Positions 1 through 12,615 of a stretch of 64,000 nt of DNA are shown here, in pieces. This DNA comes from Trichinella spiralis. Taxonomy: Eukaryota. Each line of letters starts with the position of its first letter. Within the stretch, counting starts at the first letter, position 1. The notes under the pieces were generated by a model that worked only from the letters and a program-made list of their open reading frames with translations, was not told where the DNA came from and searched no databases. Location of the stretch: contig NW_003526943.1 in the NCBI RefSeq assembly GCF_000181795.1, forward strand, positions 3,154,707 through 3,218,706. The letters are read 5' to 3'. The position numbers and the translations under genes were made by a program.

Positions 1-288
1 CTGTACTGTACTGTGCTGGCGTGTGAACCGGACGCGTTTGCGTTTCCAAGGTCATTAGCCAAAATTTTGCGGTGCTGTGCCTGGCACGCTTGTGCAGTAG
101 AAAGTGCAATTTGCCGGACGTGGACCTATCAGAAAACCTGAGGGAATTGTAAATTCCTGTTGAGTGACAACACAAAATAATTCAACTCATTTCCAGGCAT
201 ATTTGAATATAATGAAATTTTTTTTCATTCAATGATTCATTCTTGATAAATTTTTCTTGCTTTTCTTCTTTGTCTCTTTATCATTATG

Positions 289-324
<36 letters not shown>

Positions 325-557
325 GGCAATTGTTTGTTATTTATTTTCTTTGGTATGTCAGCTGATTGTCAGCAATGATCGCTTCATGTACGGATCTGGA
401 ATTTCCAGATTGTCATAGCGATCGTATTGATAAGCAAGTATAATTTTTGTCATTGTTGTCCATTTTGAACCGGTGGTCAACGGTCAGTTGTGTATTGGGG
501 TTGTTTCAGTGGTAATTGTTGAACGATTTGCAAAATGATCTATGCTCTGTTTTGCAG

Positions 558-2578
558 GGCTTCTTTCGAAGAAGCATTCAAAAGCAAATTGAATATCGTT
601 GCTTGCGCGACGGAAAGTGTCTCGTTTATCGTTTGAATCGCAATCGATGCCAATATTGCCGATTTAAAAAATGCCTTGCCGTTGGAATGTCTCGCGACTG
701 TAAGTAACAATTTATTTATTTATTTATTATTATTTTTTGCTTATTTGTTTCATTTTATTAGCTTCTTTGTTTTTCAGTTTACATTGAATAATTACACATT
801 TCAACACCAATAGTAATTATAATAATTTATTAGTTCAGGCTGTAAAGATTACTGTTCTTTTTGAAATATGTTAATGGACGATAAACGGTGAATGCTGCTT
901 TGAAACGACAAATATTGAAAACATTTGCTTTATTTTTTAGTTTGCGTTTATCGTGAAAGTTTTATACATTTTAATTATTGCTTCTCAATAAATCTTGAAC
1001 TGTTCATCTAGTTTACAGGAATGATACAGTTGCACATTGCATTGAGCATACTGTTGATAATGATTGCAGAAAACGTTTGAATTTTTGTGAAACTTATTTT
1101 GTGGTAATTTGAAATTTAAAGTTGCTTTTTTTCAGCTGTTCGCTATGGTCGCGTTCCGAAACGTTCTCGTGATCGAATGCAAGAAGATGTCAGGGTAACA
1201 TCGATGACTGGAGAATCAGAAGTTGATAATGAAGTGGAAAAGCATCAGTTGGCATTGTATGACATCATTCTGAGCGTTTCTCAGGCTCACCATTCTAATT
1301 GCAATTATGCTGAAGACAAAGTTCGTAATTTATCTCATCGGCCAATGCATTTTGTAAGTGTTTGTTATTATTCAGTAGTATTATTAGTGTACATTGTAAT
1401 GATAAAATTGACTGTTTTAAGCCAATAGAACGCCGTTTCACGATGACGAATGGCGAACGCTTGATACCTATTGGGAACATGATGGAACAGCAGAAAATTG
1501 TCATGTGGGAAACATTATCCCAATATATAACACCTGAAGTGCAACGTGTGGTTGAATTCGCCAAAAGACTTCCACGTAAATAATAAGTTGAAAATTGAAA
1601 GCAGTATTTTTTTCTTATTGTATTTGGTTATTTTATTTGATCATTTTTATTGTTTACAGATTTCACCGACTTTCTGCAAGGCGATCAGTTGGTTTTGATA
1701 AAAGGAGGATTTTTTGAAGTTTGGCTTATAAGAATATCGCGCATGTTGAACGTACAATTCGGCACAATGACAATGTGCGACGGCAGCTTTCTTGGACGTG
1801 ATCAGCTCGACGTCATTTACAATGTATGACAAGCATTTTTTAATTTCACGATTCCATTATTTCATTATTTTTTTTAAACTTTTAGCCAGATCTTGTCAAT
1901 GCGATATTCCAATTTGCTGCGGGGTTTAACAATATGCATCTCAATGACGGCGAAATTGGGCTGTTTTCTGCCGTTGTGCTGTTGTCAGCTGGTAAGAAAC
2001 GATTTGGCGGGAAAAAAGATGTTTCTTGCCTAATTTTATAATTGTGCAATTTTAATTGTTTCTTTAAAAATTAGATCGCGTTGGATTGTCAGATCCAAAA
2101 TCTGTGGAAACTCAGCAAGAAAAACTGATCGAAGCTTTGAAATTGCAGCTGACCAGAAATCATTCATCTGATCCTCAGGCTTTGTCGAGCTTGATTCTAA
2201 AATTGAGCGAACTGCGCAGCTTAAGTAAGTAGAAATAGAAAAAAAATTTTTTCTCTTTTTACAAAGTAAAACCAATCATTGAATGCAAATTGCTTTTATT
2301 CAGCTGCTCGACACAATGACGTTCTGATGTGGTACCGCGCCAATTACAGACGAGTGAAAGTGCCACCTTTGTTCTCTGAAATATATGACATTCCTCGGGA
2401 TGATGTTGAAATGGGCGTTGGTGACGTTGCGGTCAGCAGCACACATCAGATCAGTTCCAATTCACACGAATCTCCTGTATCGACGAATCATGCAGCTGCG
2501 CTGAATTATCCACAGTACGTTGTCGACGTGAAAGGTCCCATGATGGATCCAACGTTGAAGCCTGACAACGTTGCTTGA
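558..2578 (+). CDS. Eip78C: Nuclear hormone receptor, ecdysone-induced E78/SEX-1 type; 5' exons lie upstream of the window
   Basis: Exon at 558 (after ttttgcag) encodes GFFRRSIQKQIEYRCLRDGKCLVYRLNRNRCQYCRFKKCLAVGMSRD, the E78-type DBD second finger. It continues AVRYGRVPKR, then the LBD signature VQRVVEFAKRLP..F..DQLVLIK, and ends PPLFSEIYDIP. About 7 exons with GT-AG introns; stop at 2578. Confidence 0.88.
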
Positions 2579-2749
2579 CACAAGTAGACACTGCAGGAGG
2601 CAAAATACACAAGCTTGCTGACTTTAATAACGATTTTTTTATATCATTTATGATATTGTTGAATTCAGTAGTAGCATTTTTGAAAAGCCAAATTACAGAC
2701 TTAAGTTTTAAATTTTGAAAAATACGCAAATATACTTTTCATTCAGTGC

Positions 2750-2750
<1 letters not shown>

Positions 2751-2836
<86 letters not shown>
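2751..2836. repeat. (ATT)n microsatellite, ~28-29 perfect units, in the probable 3' UTR of the nuclear receptor
   Basis: Uninterrupted attattatt tract read directly. Confidence 0.97.
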
Positions 2837-2838
<2 letters not shown>

Positions 2839-3974
2839 CTATGCTCTTACTGCCTGCCTGATCTTTTCAAGCAGATTGCTTATTGTTGCAGTGATTAAGG
2901 ATTTCATTTTAGAATTCTTTGTTCACTTTAAAATTCTTTGTCCTTCATTCGAGTGTGCCTTCAAAATTTGCATCTCTTCTTTTATTATTTGTTACTTTTT
3001 CTCCGTATTTGTTTGATTTTTTTGTACTTTTTAATTCTTGCATGAATTTTAACAATCTACTTATTTATGTTGAAGAACTTAAAAGACTCGAAGCTCAATA
3101 AGGATCAAATTGTGAGATGTTTCTATTCCATTTTTGATTTTGGAATTTGTTTCTCAAATGTCATCTTCCATCTTTTCAGTTTATTTTTTCTCGAAAAGAA
3201 GTTTTGTTCAAATCTGACTGAAGTGCACTTTTCTGAGCAGGTTTCATCAACCAGTATATTTATTCCTATGTATATATGTATGTATTTATTTATTTATATA
3301 TACGTTCATGTATTTACCTTTATCTAAGTCACTACTTTACAGTAACTACATAATTTTGTAATGTTAATTTGCCTCCACATTTTCATAGTTTTGTAATGTC
3401 ACAGTGTCTCTTTTGAGTAAATAAAGCAAGCATGCATATGTGTTTGTTCATTATAAGATCAATGATTACAGGGTATTTGCAGTATTGCAATCTTGGATCG
3501 CTCTATGTTACTTTTTGTGCTGGGAAAATTCAAAAATTTTATATTTTTCATTTAATTTTCTAATAATGCTTTTAAGGAAAGTGTTTTAAGAATACAGTTT
3601 AAAGTTGTTCCACTTAAGCGGTTGCATTTACTAGATAAAAAGTATTTTTAAAATGATGATTTGTAATTAGAGTACTGTTAAAATTACAGACAATTCTGGC
3701 AATTACTTTTCACCAACCCAATCGTAAGTCAAAATCTTCTTATATTATGTAAATTATAGGAATACATAAACAGCATGTTTGAAGAAACAATTAACAACCG
3801 CTGCTAATTTGTTCAAAACAGTAAGCGTTCAGCTAACTAGGAGTGGCTAATGTGGGTGTGGGCAGGTGAATAGTTTTCATATAGCATTTAGAAAAATATT
3901 TTTGTGAATGAAAATTGTTATCACAGAAAAACAAACATACCGCTACCAAAAGAAAGAGCAACAAGAAAACTGCT

Positions 3975-5880
3975 GGATTACGTAACTTTAATAGTAGTGA
4001 CGTAACATTAATAATGGAAGTATTTATTATTCCAAAATTACATTGTGTCTGTTTGAAGTTTCGTCACTCATTGAAATTTTGTTTATTTAAATATATTATT
4101 TGTGGTGAAGTTTATACTTTTTCATGATCAGAATTCCTGAAAATAATTTTTATCATTATTCTATATTTTATTGTACCAAAGTGACGTTATATCAAATGCG
4201 ATAGTAATAATTCAGAAAAAACAATACAAAAAACAAGTTAAATAGTGATTTTTATTTTTCACTAGCCAACAGCAGCAACAACAACAATAACAACAATAAA
4301 AAACAACAGTGAACGGCATTAACAAAGTGGAAACAACGAAAAAGGAAAAAACTAAATAATACAATACAATGAAATAAAAAACAAATACAATACAACACAA
4401 CACAACACAATAAAATACAATCCACCACTTGGAAGGCGGCATTAAATCGGCTCCGGCGTTATATACATTAAAGCTTCTAGGAACTGCTCCAGCGTACGTC
4501 TACCGTTGGTGCATTCACCCGTATATTGTGCAACCTGTCGTTGCTTTTGAGCATAAACCCTGTTTACCCGTCTCAAGTCACCAACGGTCACGTTTCCTGA
4601 TAGCACTTGTTGAATCAGGGTGTCCATAACACCCTGTTCTGCTATCAGGATCTGGAGCAGTTCATACAACCCGTTATGACTTTTAGCCGCTTTTCTGTTG
4701 AGCCGATTGTGCCAACCTTCCATCCAAGTAGTTATTGGTTCTGATATTTACATTATGTACATTCCAAATTGACAGTCGCTCATCGGTCATCTACTCTTGC
4801 CGAAAATATTGGAATAAAGCTAATAAATTACCCATAGTGCTTGCTTCAAGCAGGCTAACACCCGTATTAACATGCGGTACAGGGAGGAAAGCGGTGGCCA
4901 GGAGCATTCTTATCTTTCTTTTTCTCTGTTCTTCAGTTCTACATCTTGTTTTCAGTCCCAGCTCACCGACTTTCCTATGTACCGCCTGGCAGAAGTGGAA
5001 GTAGCAGCCCTGTACCCGCGTATTCGAGACGTAGCCCTGAATCACGGGTATCAGGGCCGTTTCAACATCACAAATTATACTTTCTGGGTTGAGATTGACC
5101 CCGAGGACTGCCGCTTTGTTTAGTAAAGCTTGAAATATAAACCCTTATGTTCCAATATCAGTTGTTGTTAATCCAAACAAACAGTTGTTGATACCATTGT
5201 GGTACAACCTTGAAATTACCAACCATGCCCCAGGTTCGCATGGCTGCCAGCAGTCTAATGTTGGAACCCGTAGCAAATACCAGTATATGCCTCGATGCAC
5301 TCTGCCACAACAAAAATTCTTCACCGGCCTTTGTTATCCTAAACGGGACAAGAATTTGCAAGTCCCGACGATGTTTGGGCAGTTTTGGGTATCGCTTAGC
5401 CCAGTGGCTGTACATCGTGGACTTTACCCGTTTAAAAAGGGGAAAACGGCCAGATGTGGATGGGTGGGCGGACGCGGCGGAAGCTTTCTCATCATGAACG
5501 GCCGAGATGGGTTTCGTTTCTTCCGCGCTGCGCTGCGCTTTTTCAAAAGCGCCTTCTTTTCCATTTTGTATGCCAAGTGCTCATCCACCGGGCAGCTTTC
5601 AATGTGATCATTCTGCTTGCTCACCGATGTCACATCAAGATTGGTCCATATAGCACCACCGCAGCCTTTTTTATCCTATACCAAAATAAACTAACCCTTA
5701 ATAACGAAGGAAACACACTGGACATTTAGCACGTACTTTCGAGCACCTCCAATATTTCTGTTTGCCGGCACGTTTTAATTTATATATCCTGCCTACAATA
5801 CCACCAAATTGGACCAAATCCCGCAACGATTTGGTACAAGGTGTAACTCAGGGACATCAGCCATAACAAGTAACAGAATA
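3975..5880 (-). mobile_element. Decayed Mutator-like (MULE) DNA transposon; fragmented transposase ~4442-5730
   Basis: Minus-strand ORF pieces carry QGCYFHFCQAVHRKV (MULE CxxH motif), TNNYL.EGWHNRLNR (catalytic Glu region) and an N-terminal zinc-finger-like C..WTN..NDH segment. Several frameshifts and stops. A related copy lies at ~46430-47525. Confidence 0.85.
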
Positions 5881-5990
5881 GAAAATGATTCGAATAACTC
5901 TGGAACGCAAAGCACTGAACGCAAACGCAACACCAAAAATAAAAATAAATTGGATAGTTTTGAATTTCATTTTAAATAACCATTTTGCAA

Positions 5991-6612
5991 CAATATTTCG
6001 CTTTCATTTCATATTTTATCTACAATCGAAGATCAACTTGCGATATTCGTTGTGGCACCAATGCCTTTTGTTGATGTTGTCAGAAGATCATTAATCACAG
6101 ACAAATGGCGCACAAATGCTAACATCAAAGTATGCGCTGTCCACTAAAGAGTGAATTTGAAGCAGCTTTAACTGCTATTCTGCTTAGTGCTGTCCATCGC
6201 TTCCTTTCTGCTTTCAAAGTGTTTTACACTCATTTATCTCAGTTCATCAGATAAATTACGTTTTAACTGGCAATTATATGAGATTTATGAATAAGATACT
6301 TTTCCAATTGTCAAAAAATGTTCTGAAGAGTAGCTAAAAACGATTTTAATACAAAGGAAAAATCAACAAGTGACAAATTGTCCACAGCTGCAGTTCTGAG
6401 TTAAAATTAGGACTGGCAATTGCTAATTTTTGTTAGCATTGAAATATTTTTCTGATTTTCCTGCCTGTTCTCAGAAAATGTTTCTGGTTTGCAAACGAAT
6501 TTTATCTTTAATCTTTCCAATCTTTCTTTCGCTCCTGTTCACAAGAGTTATTGTTTTCCTTCGTATATTTTATTTAAATAAAAAATTAAAAATCTGCAAT
6601 ATTATTTACAAA
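5991..6612. repeat. ~620-bp dispersed non-coding repeat, copy 1 (inverted relative to 28725-29383)
   Basis: 6010-6220 is a near-identical reverse complement of 29150-29360 (e.g. ctacaatcgaagatcaacttgcgatattcgttgtggcaccaatgcc). 6420-6600 aligns more loosely to 28730-28950. Confidence 0.9.
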
Positions 6613-7150
6613 TGTTTCCACTTTGTTAATGCCGTTCACTGTTGTTTTTTGTTGTTGTTGTTGGCTGTTCTTTACTGTTGTTGCTGCTGCTGTTGGCTTG
6701 TGAAAAATAAAAATCACTATTTAACTTATTTTTTGTATTGTTTTTTTTCTGAATTATTACTATCGCATTTGATATAACATTACTTTGGTACTATAAAATA
6801 TAGAATAATGATCAAAATTATTTTCGGGAATGCCGATCATAAAAAAGTATAAAATTCTCCACAAATAATATATTTAAATAAACAAAATTTCAATTAATGA
6901 CAAAACTTCAAAAAGACACTAAAATTTTGGAGCAATAAACATTTCCATTATTAAATATCCATATATAATTACTACTTTTAAAGTTACGTAATCCTAAATG
7001 GAATATTTGAACCAATGAAATGAAAAAATATTACAGCTAATCACAAGGGAAAAGTTTGAATCAAAGAGTAGTTAGACAAAGAAAATCAGCAAGACAACGA
7101 CATCACGGTCCAATAAAATAGCGCGGTAAACGACCAATAAGAAAACGCGT
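6613..7150 (+). mobile_element. Inverted fragment of the MULE non-coding 3' end
   Basis: 6613-6994 is the reverse complement of 3975-4335 (ggattacgtaacttt... vs ...aaagttacgtaatcc). 6995-7040 also matches 46540-46580 and 31778-31812. Confidence 0.8.
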
Positions 7151-9112
7151 TGCAAAGTGGGACCGAATTGGACCATCCCAGCTGCTGAAGGATGCAAAAG
7201 AAACTTCAACGAACTTTTCGAAAACACCGTGAAATAGAAATGTGAATTTCATGAAAATAATTTCGTCTGTTTAAACAATTTTTTGGTTTCGGCCACCTCA
7301 GGCAACGGTCAATAAGAAAATGCCCAATAAGATAACGCTATCAATGACCAGCAAAAAGACGCGATGAAAACAATGAAGCGGACCATCTTTATTTGCTTAA
7401 GTAATTAGATTTTGTAGAGTAGCGGCAGTTTGGTGTGATTTATTAGGGGATAGATAATGCAGAAAAACAGTTTTGTCAAGGAAATCAAAGCAACTGAGAA
7501 AATAGCATGTATCTAACCGAACGTGCGAAAAGTCTGAACTGTGACTTGTTGTTACATTGTTTATTCTTAATTTCACCTTTTTTTTCTTTGAAATGATCCT
7601 ATCTAAATGCAACTTTTTTGTTTAAGTTAAAGCAACCTGCATCTGCTGTTTTTATTTGATAATAGGAAAAAAGAGCTGCATTTTTTGGAATAATTTACAA
7701 TCAGATGCATTGTAATTATCTACATTAGTTGTTTATCCGTTTCTCAGTTTATCATTTATAAATTTTTCTAGTTTCTAGTTTCTTTTTTTTAAATTTACAT
7801 AATAATTAAATGACATAAACTGAAGTTGTAATGAATTCAAATTTTGTGGATCACAGCAACATTTCGTACTGCACCTACGTACAAGTTAATTGGTTGTTAA
7901 ATATGTAAATGTAAATGTTGCAAGTATTACAGTATTTGTTGTATTACCTGATTATCATACATTTTTCACAAAAGTCTTTTAATATTGCGTGAATTTTTTT
8001 GCACATTCAATTTATTTTTGAGCTTGATAAAATAATAGTTGTCAAAGTATTTTATTACTTAAACTGTTCTATGTTAAGATAAATTTTTAATAAAATGAAT
8101 GAAAAGATTAGAATTTAAGAGCAAAAAAATATTGTTCAATAAATCAGACGTACTTCAATGTACGTTAGTGTATTTAAATTTGAAAAAAAGATTGAAGCTC
8201 TCATTTACGTAAAAGTTGTTTGCACCTTCTTATTAATATTATATTAGAAATTTAATTTTGATGTTGATATGCAAGTGAGGAGTTATGCAATTTTGTGCAT
8301 TCAAGTAAAGCGAAAAAATTATTGATTAAATGGAAAACATTTTAAAGGTATAATATATGACAGACAGATTTGAATTTCTTTGTATAATCTTGAATAAGGT
8401 AAAGTTTCACTCTTAGATGTGAAAAATTGGAATTGAAAATATTTCTTAAATATTGCTGCCAAAACAGTGTGTTGCATTAAATGTTGACTTCTTAGTGCTG
8501 AAGAATATTCTTTGTGTTGAATTATTGCAAGCTGTACTATGCGATAGCAAAATAAACAACATCGCCATCCTGATCGCATAATTCGTCTGTTTGCACTCAA
8601 ACGGTGATTGTTCTTCGAAAGGTGACAGTCAGTGCCATGAATAGACACTGACAAGAGTATCTTGTATTAGCTAAATCCAGTCGGTAAATTTCAGTTCCAT
8701 ATCGCTGTATAATAAGTAAGCGAATTTTTAAATAAAATGATGCTTATGAGAATTTATTTCACTTATATATTTTTTTTGTCTCATATTTGATTTTGTTATT
8801 AAATGCGTTCAGCTGCACACATCTATGTACCATTTTTTTAATGGTCATGAAGCATTGCTGCCTTTTTTATGCTTGTTAATTAGTCGGTTTATTGACTACA
8901 GGATAATGTAAAACAATGAATTTGATGAATTTTTAAAGCTGTTTTAAATTATTTTTTTATTTACATAATGAACAGCTTGAAAAGCTGCATGTTCGAGCAT
9001 GTTGCAAGCTGCTTTTCTTCGAATGATAATTTACATTTATATTTATACTTGATAATGATACATTTAAATATAATTATGCACAGTGAATGAATTGAATTTT
9101 CAGAAAAACAAA

Positions 9113-11254
9113 ATGCTGCCATTTTTGGAAGTTGCTCTGCAAGCGTTGCATAAACAAAATCATGATGATTTTGTCGATAGGATGAATTATTATTATTCGA
9201 CGTTGATATTGCTTTTCTTGGCAATTCTGGTCAGCGCTAAACAATACGTGGGTCAGCCGATTCAATGTTGGGTTCCAGCTCAATTTCGGGGCGGATGGGA
9301 GCAATATGCGGAAAATTATTGTTTTGTCCAAAACACTTATTTTTTGCCTTTTAGCAAAGATGTTCCAAGGTTTGGAGATTAGACTTTAATTGAAATATTA
9401 AAAACAAAAAAAAAATTTTTTCTTTTTACCATTTATCAGGGAAACTGCTGAAAGAGAATACAGAAAAATTGGATACTATCAGTGGGTTCCAATTGTGTTG
9501 GCAATTCAAGCGTTGCTTTTTTATTTACCGAATATGATCTGGAATTTTTGCAATTGGAAATCAGGTAAGCGATTTGCTGTGCAATTAAAATATACATTTA
9601 AATTTTCCAACTAGTAGATATTTAAAAAATTAAAATTATTTATTTAATCAAGCTGTGGTTTTCACTGCTTCTAAAACAACTCTTCAGATCATCAATATCA
9701 CATCTTTTTTGTACAGAAATTTAATTTTAAACTATTCGACATAAACGAACTCGCTAAAAATGCTTTTTTTAATGCATGCTGATAATTAAAAATGCAATTA
9801 TTATAAATAACTTTACAATGAAATACAAATTTACAATGAGCACGCAATTCTATTGTTTACAATTAGCCATAAAAAGCAAATCAAGCAGTGTATTTGAAAC
9901 TGAATTTGCAGAATGAAGAATTCTGTCAACAACTGATTATTGCAAAATTGAATTGAAATTATTATTCAAATAGAAGAATATGAAAATGAAGTGCAAATTG
10001 AAATTTCTTGTTACAATTGTCAATTAGTGCATAGACGAGTTGAAATAAATTGCATTATAATGCGAAGAAAATTATTTGAATTAATTTTTTGCTATATGGA
10101 TGTTGCATCAAAAATAATTTTGTTTTTCTTTTTTGCACAACTGTAAAGGTATATATGTGAAACCGATTCTGCAACTGGCCCGTGATGCAGCATTTATTGA
10201 TATACAAAAACGAGAGACGTTTATTCAACTTCTGGGTCGATATTTGAAAAGGTGCATATCCCACCATGAAGAAATGCGACGACATCCGAGAAAATTGCTC
10301 TGCTTCAAAATGTGCCGCATTTCTGGCAGCTATCTGACATATTTGTATTTGTTCATCAAGTCGCTTTATGTAATTAACGTGATTCTTCAGTTCTATTTGA
10401 TGAACCACTTTTTGGGCACCAATTACCAATTTTGGGGTTTGGAGATTTTGCTCGACATAGCCCGAGAGAGAGAATGGTCGGACAGTGGTCATTTTCCACG
10501 AGTTACATTGTAAGTAAATTGCATTCTTTTTTTGATGTCGAGCAGAATTTTCAATATCCTTTTTAATGTTGACTTTTAATTATTGAAAAGGTTGTTTGAT
10601 TTTAATTATAAAAACGATCTAGATGCGATTTCGATGTTCGCACCATGGGCAACATACACACGCACACTGTTCAATGCGTGCTGATGATCAACATGTTCAA
10701 CGAGAAAATTTACATATTTCTTTGGTTTTGGATGTTCATCTTGGCTATATGCACGGTGATGAATTTGATCTATTGGCTCATTGTGTCGTTCAAGATTTCC
10801 CAACAAGAAACAATGGTCGAAAATTATTTGTCGCTGACTGCTGAATTTGAAAATCAGCCAGTCGAACGCCGCCACGTGCAACGTTTTGTAAGGCACGTCT
10901 TGAAATCGGATGGGATCTTACTTTTGCGTTTCATTGGCAGCCACGCTGGCGATATGATCATGACCGAACTCGTCTCACGTTTGTTCCAGTAAATTTTTTT
11001 TCTTTCATTTTAATTAATTAATTGTTAAAATATATTCCAAGTAACGTTTTGTATTCTTTCCACTTTGAATGATGTGTTAATGTTTATGCAAATTCTATTG
11101 TACTGTTTAAAATTTTTTTAGAGATTTCCTTGAGGATAGAAAATCCATTTTGGGAGAAGGAAAATTTGAAATCGGCAGTTCCGGTCCAGAGAGAGAAGCG
11201 AAAAAATTGCCTGCTAATTGGAGTCGAGAAGGAACTCTTTTGAGTGAACAGTGA
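9113..11254 (+). CDS. Innexin (gap-junction protein), 5 coding exons
   Basis: [83 protein letters not shown]. Exons ~9113-9369, 9440-9564, 10149-10509, 10623-10988, 11122-11254. Confidence 0.95.
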
Positions 11255-11649
11255 AATTAAATTTTTAGAACTGCCATTTAAATTTGGAAAATTAAACGAT
11301 GTATTTATTCATTTAACATTTATTTATTTTTATTCATTACAAAAATATTCCATTTTAATCAATCTATCGAGAAAAATGACAACTTAATTATTATTCGACT
11401 TTATAAATATGTATTTGTATGATTATTTTTAGATAAATTTTAATTATGAAAGCACTGAATTTCAATTCACTATAAACAACATTTGTGACCAAAAAAAGAT
11501 GTTTGTTATGTTGCAAAGGAAAACAAGAATCTTCCATAACAAAACATATATTCTGCTTGCACAGTAAAAAATTGTTAGAATTGATGCGTTTTATAATTTA
11601 GCCTAAAATTCACACGTGCAACTCATCAGTTTTTCAAAAACTACATTTT

Positions 11650-12615
11650 TCAATATTCCATCGTAGCATTGTTCACATTAATTTTTCCATTCAAAAGTTC
11701 CATTTCAATGTTAATAGTGAGTATTAAGTTGTTCTTATTCTTTCTCAACTTTGTTGCAAGGTAGTCTGCTTCAGCATCTTTGTCAACTGCTTTTATTTTA
11801 ATGTTGGTGTGAATGTTATGAAATTTTAATTTATCCGAATTTGGAACAGATTTGATGATAAAATTTGTATCGGCTGCCATGTTGCTTTTGTTCCACATGC
11901 GATAAGGCTTTTCATTTATTGGCAGTGGAACTTTATTTTCATTTTTGCATTCTTTTTCTACAGTATTCACTTGCTGAAAATTAATTTGTACCAAAGCAAT
12001 GCAAATGAATTAATATTTGCTATTTGTTCAATGAAAATTTTCTGTTTTACCTTATCTTCTTGAAAGTAATTTTTCCAAAAATTCATTTGCGATTCATTCA
12101 CCAAATTAATCAAAAAGTGTTTCTTGAAAAATAATTTGAATCAAAATTTATAAACAAATTAACATAATGGACATTGTCTTACTTTGTTGTACTTGAATTC
12201 TAATATATATTTTTTCGAAAATACGTCACGACTCAGCATTATTCTCTTCTTTTCAACGATTTTGAATTGTACATTTTTCATATCCTCCAAGTAAAACGAC
12301 TCTATTATTTCTGAATTCTGAAAAAGTATTTATGCAGATTTTATCACAGATAAAAGATCCATGAACGTACATCATTTTTGTAAAAAATCATATAGTTTTC
12401 ATTTTTGGCAGCCCGACGGTAATGCCAATAACGAGGTATCCATTTCTGTTCGCATTTGTACAAAATTTCTCCAAGATAAATGTAACTGCACTTCTACATT
12501 AATAAATAATAACAATTATAAAATCTCAATATTTTCCAATAATTATTACCGACATTATTTTCATTACATCATTAAGAAATGTAGCCAAATTTGACTCTCG
12601 GTTGTCAAAGTCCAT
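11650..12615 (-). CDS. Hypothetical 239-aa protein with an N-terminal PH-like domain
   Basis: Exons 12550-12615, 12371-12493, 12183-12317, 12051-12122 and 11650-11973 join in frame across four phase-0 GT-AG introns. Translation: MDFDNRESNLATFLNDVMKIMSKCSYIYLGEILYKCEQKWIPRYWHYRR...YMIFYKND...KYILEFKYNKKHFLINLVNESQMNFWKNYFQ. Confidence 0.72.

Noticed and set aside
4212..4442. Cys-rich hydrophobic ORFs here and at 6430-6777 sharing CCCCCWLVKNKNHYLT
   Set aside because: Translations of the (tgt/tgc)n low-complexity tract in the transposon arm.
6010..6220. Repeat core as 7SK, SL or U snRNA
   Set aside because: The second GATC is not kept in the other copy, and there is no SL donor, canonical Sm site or P4 motif.
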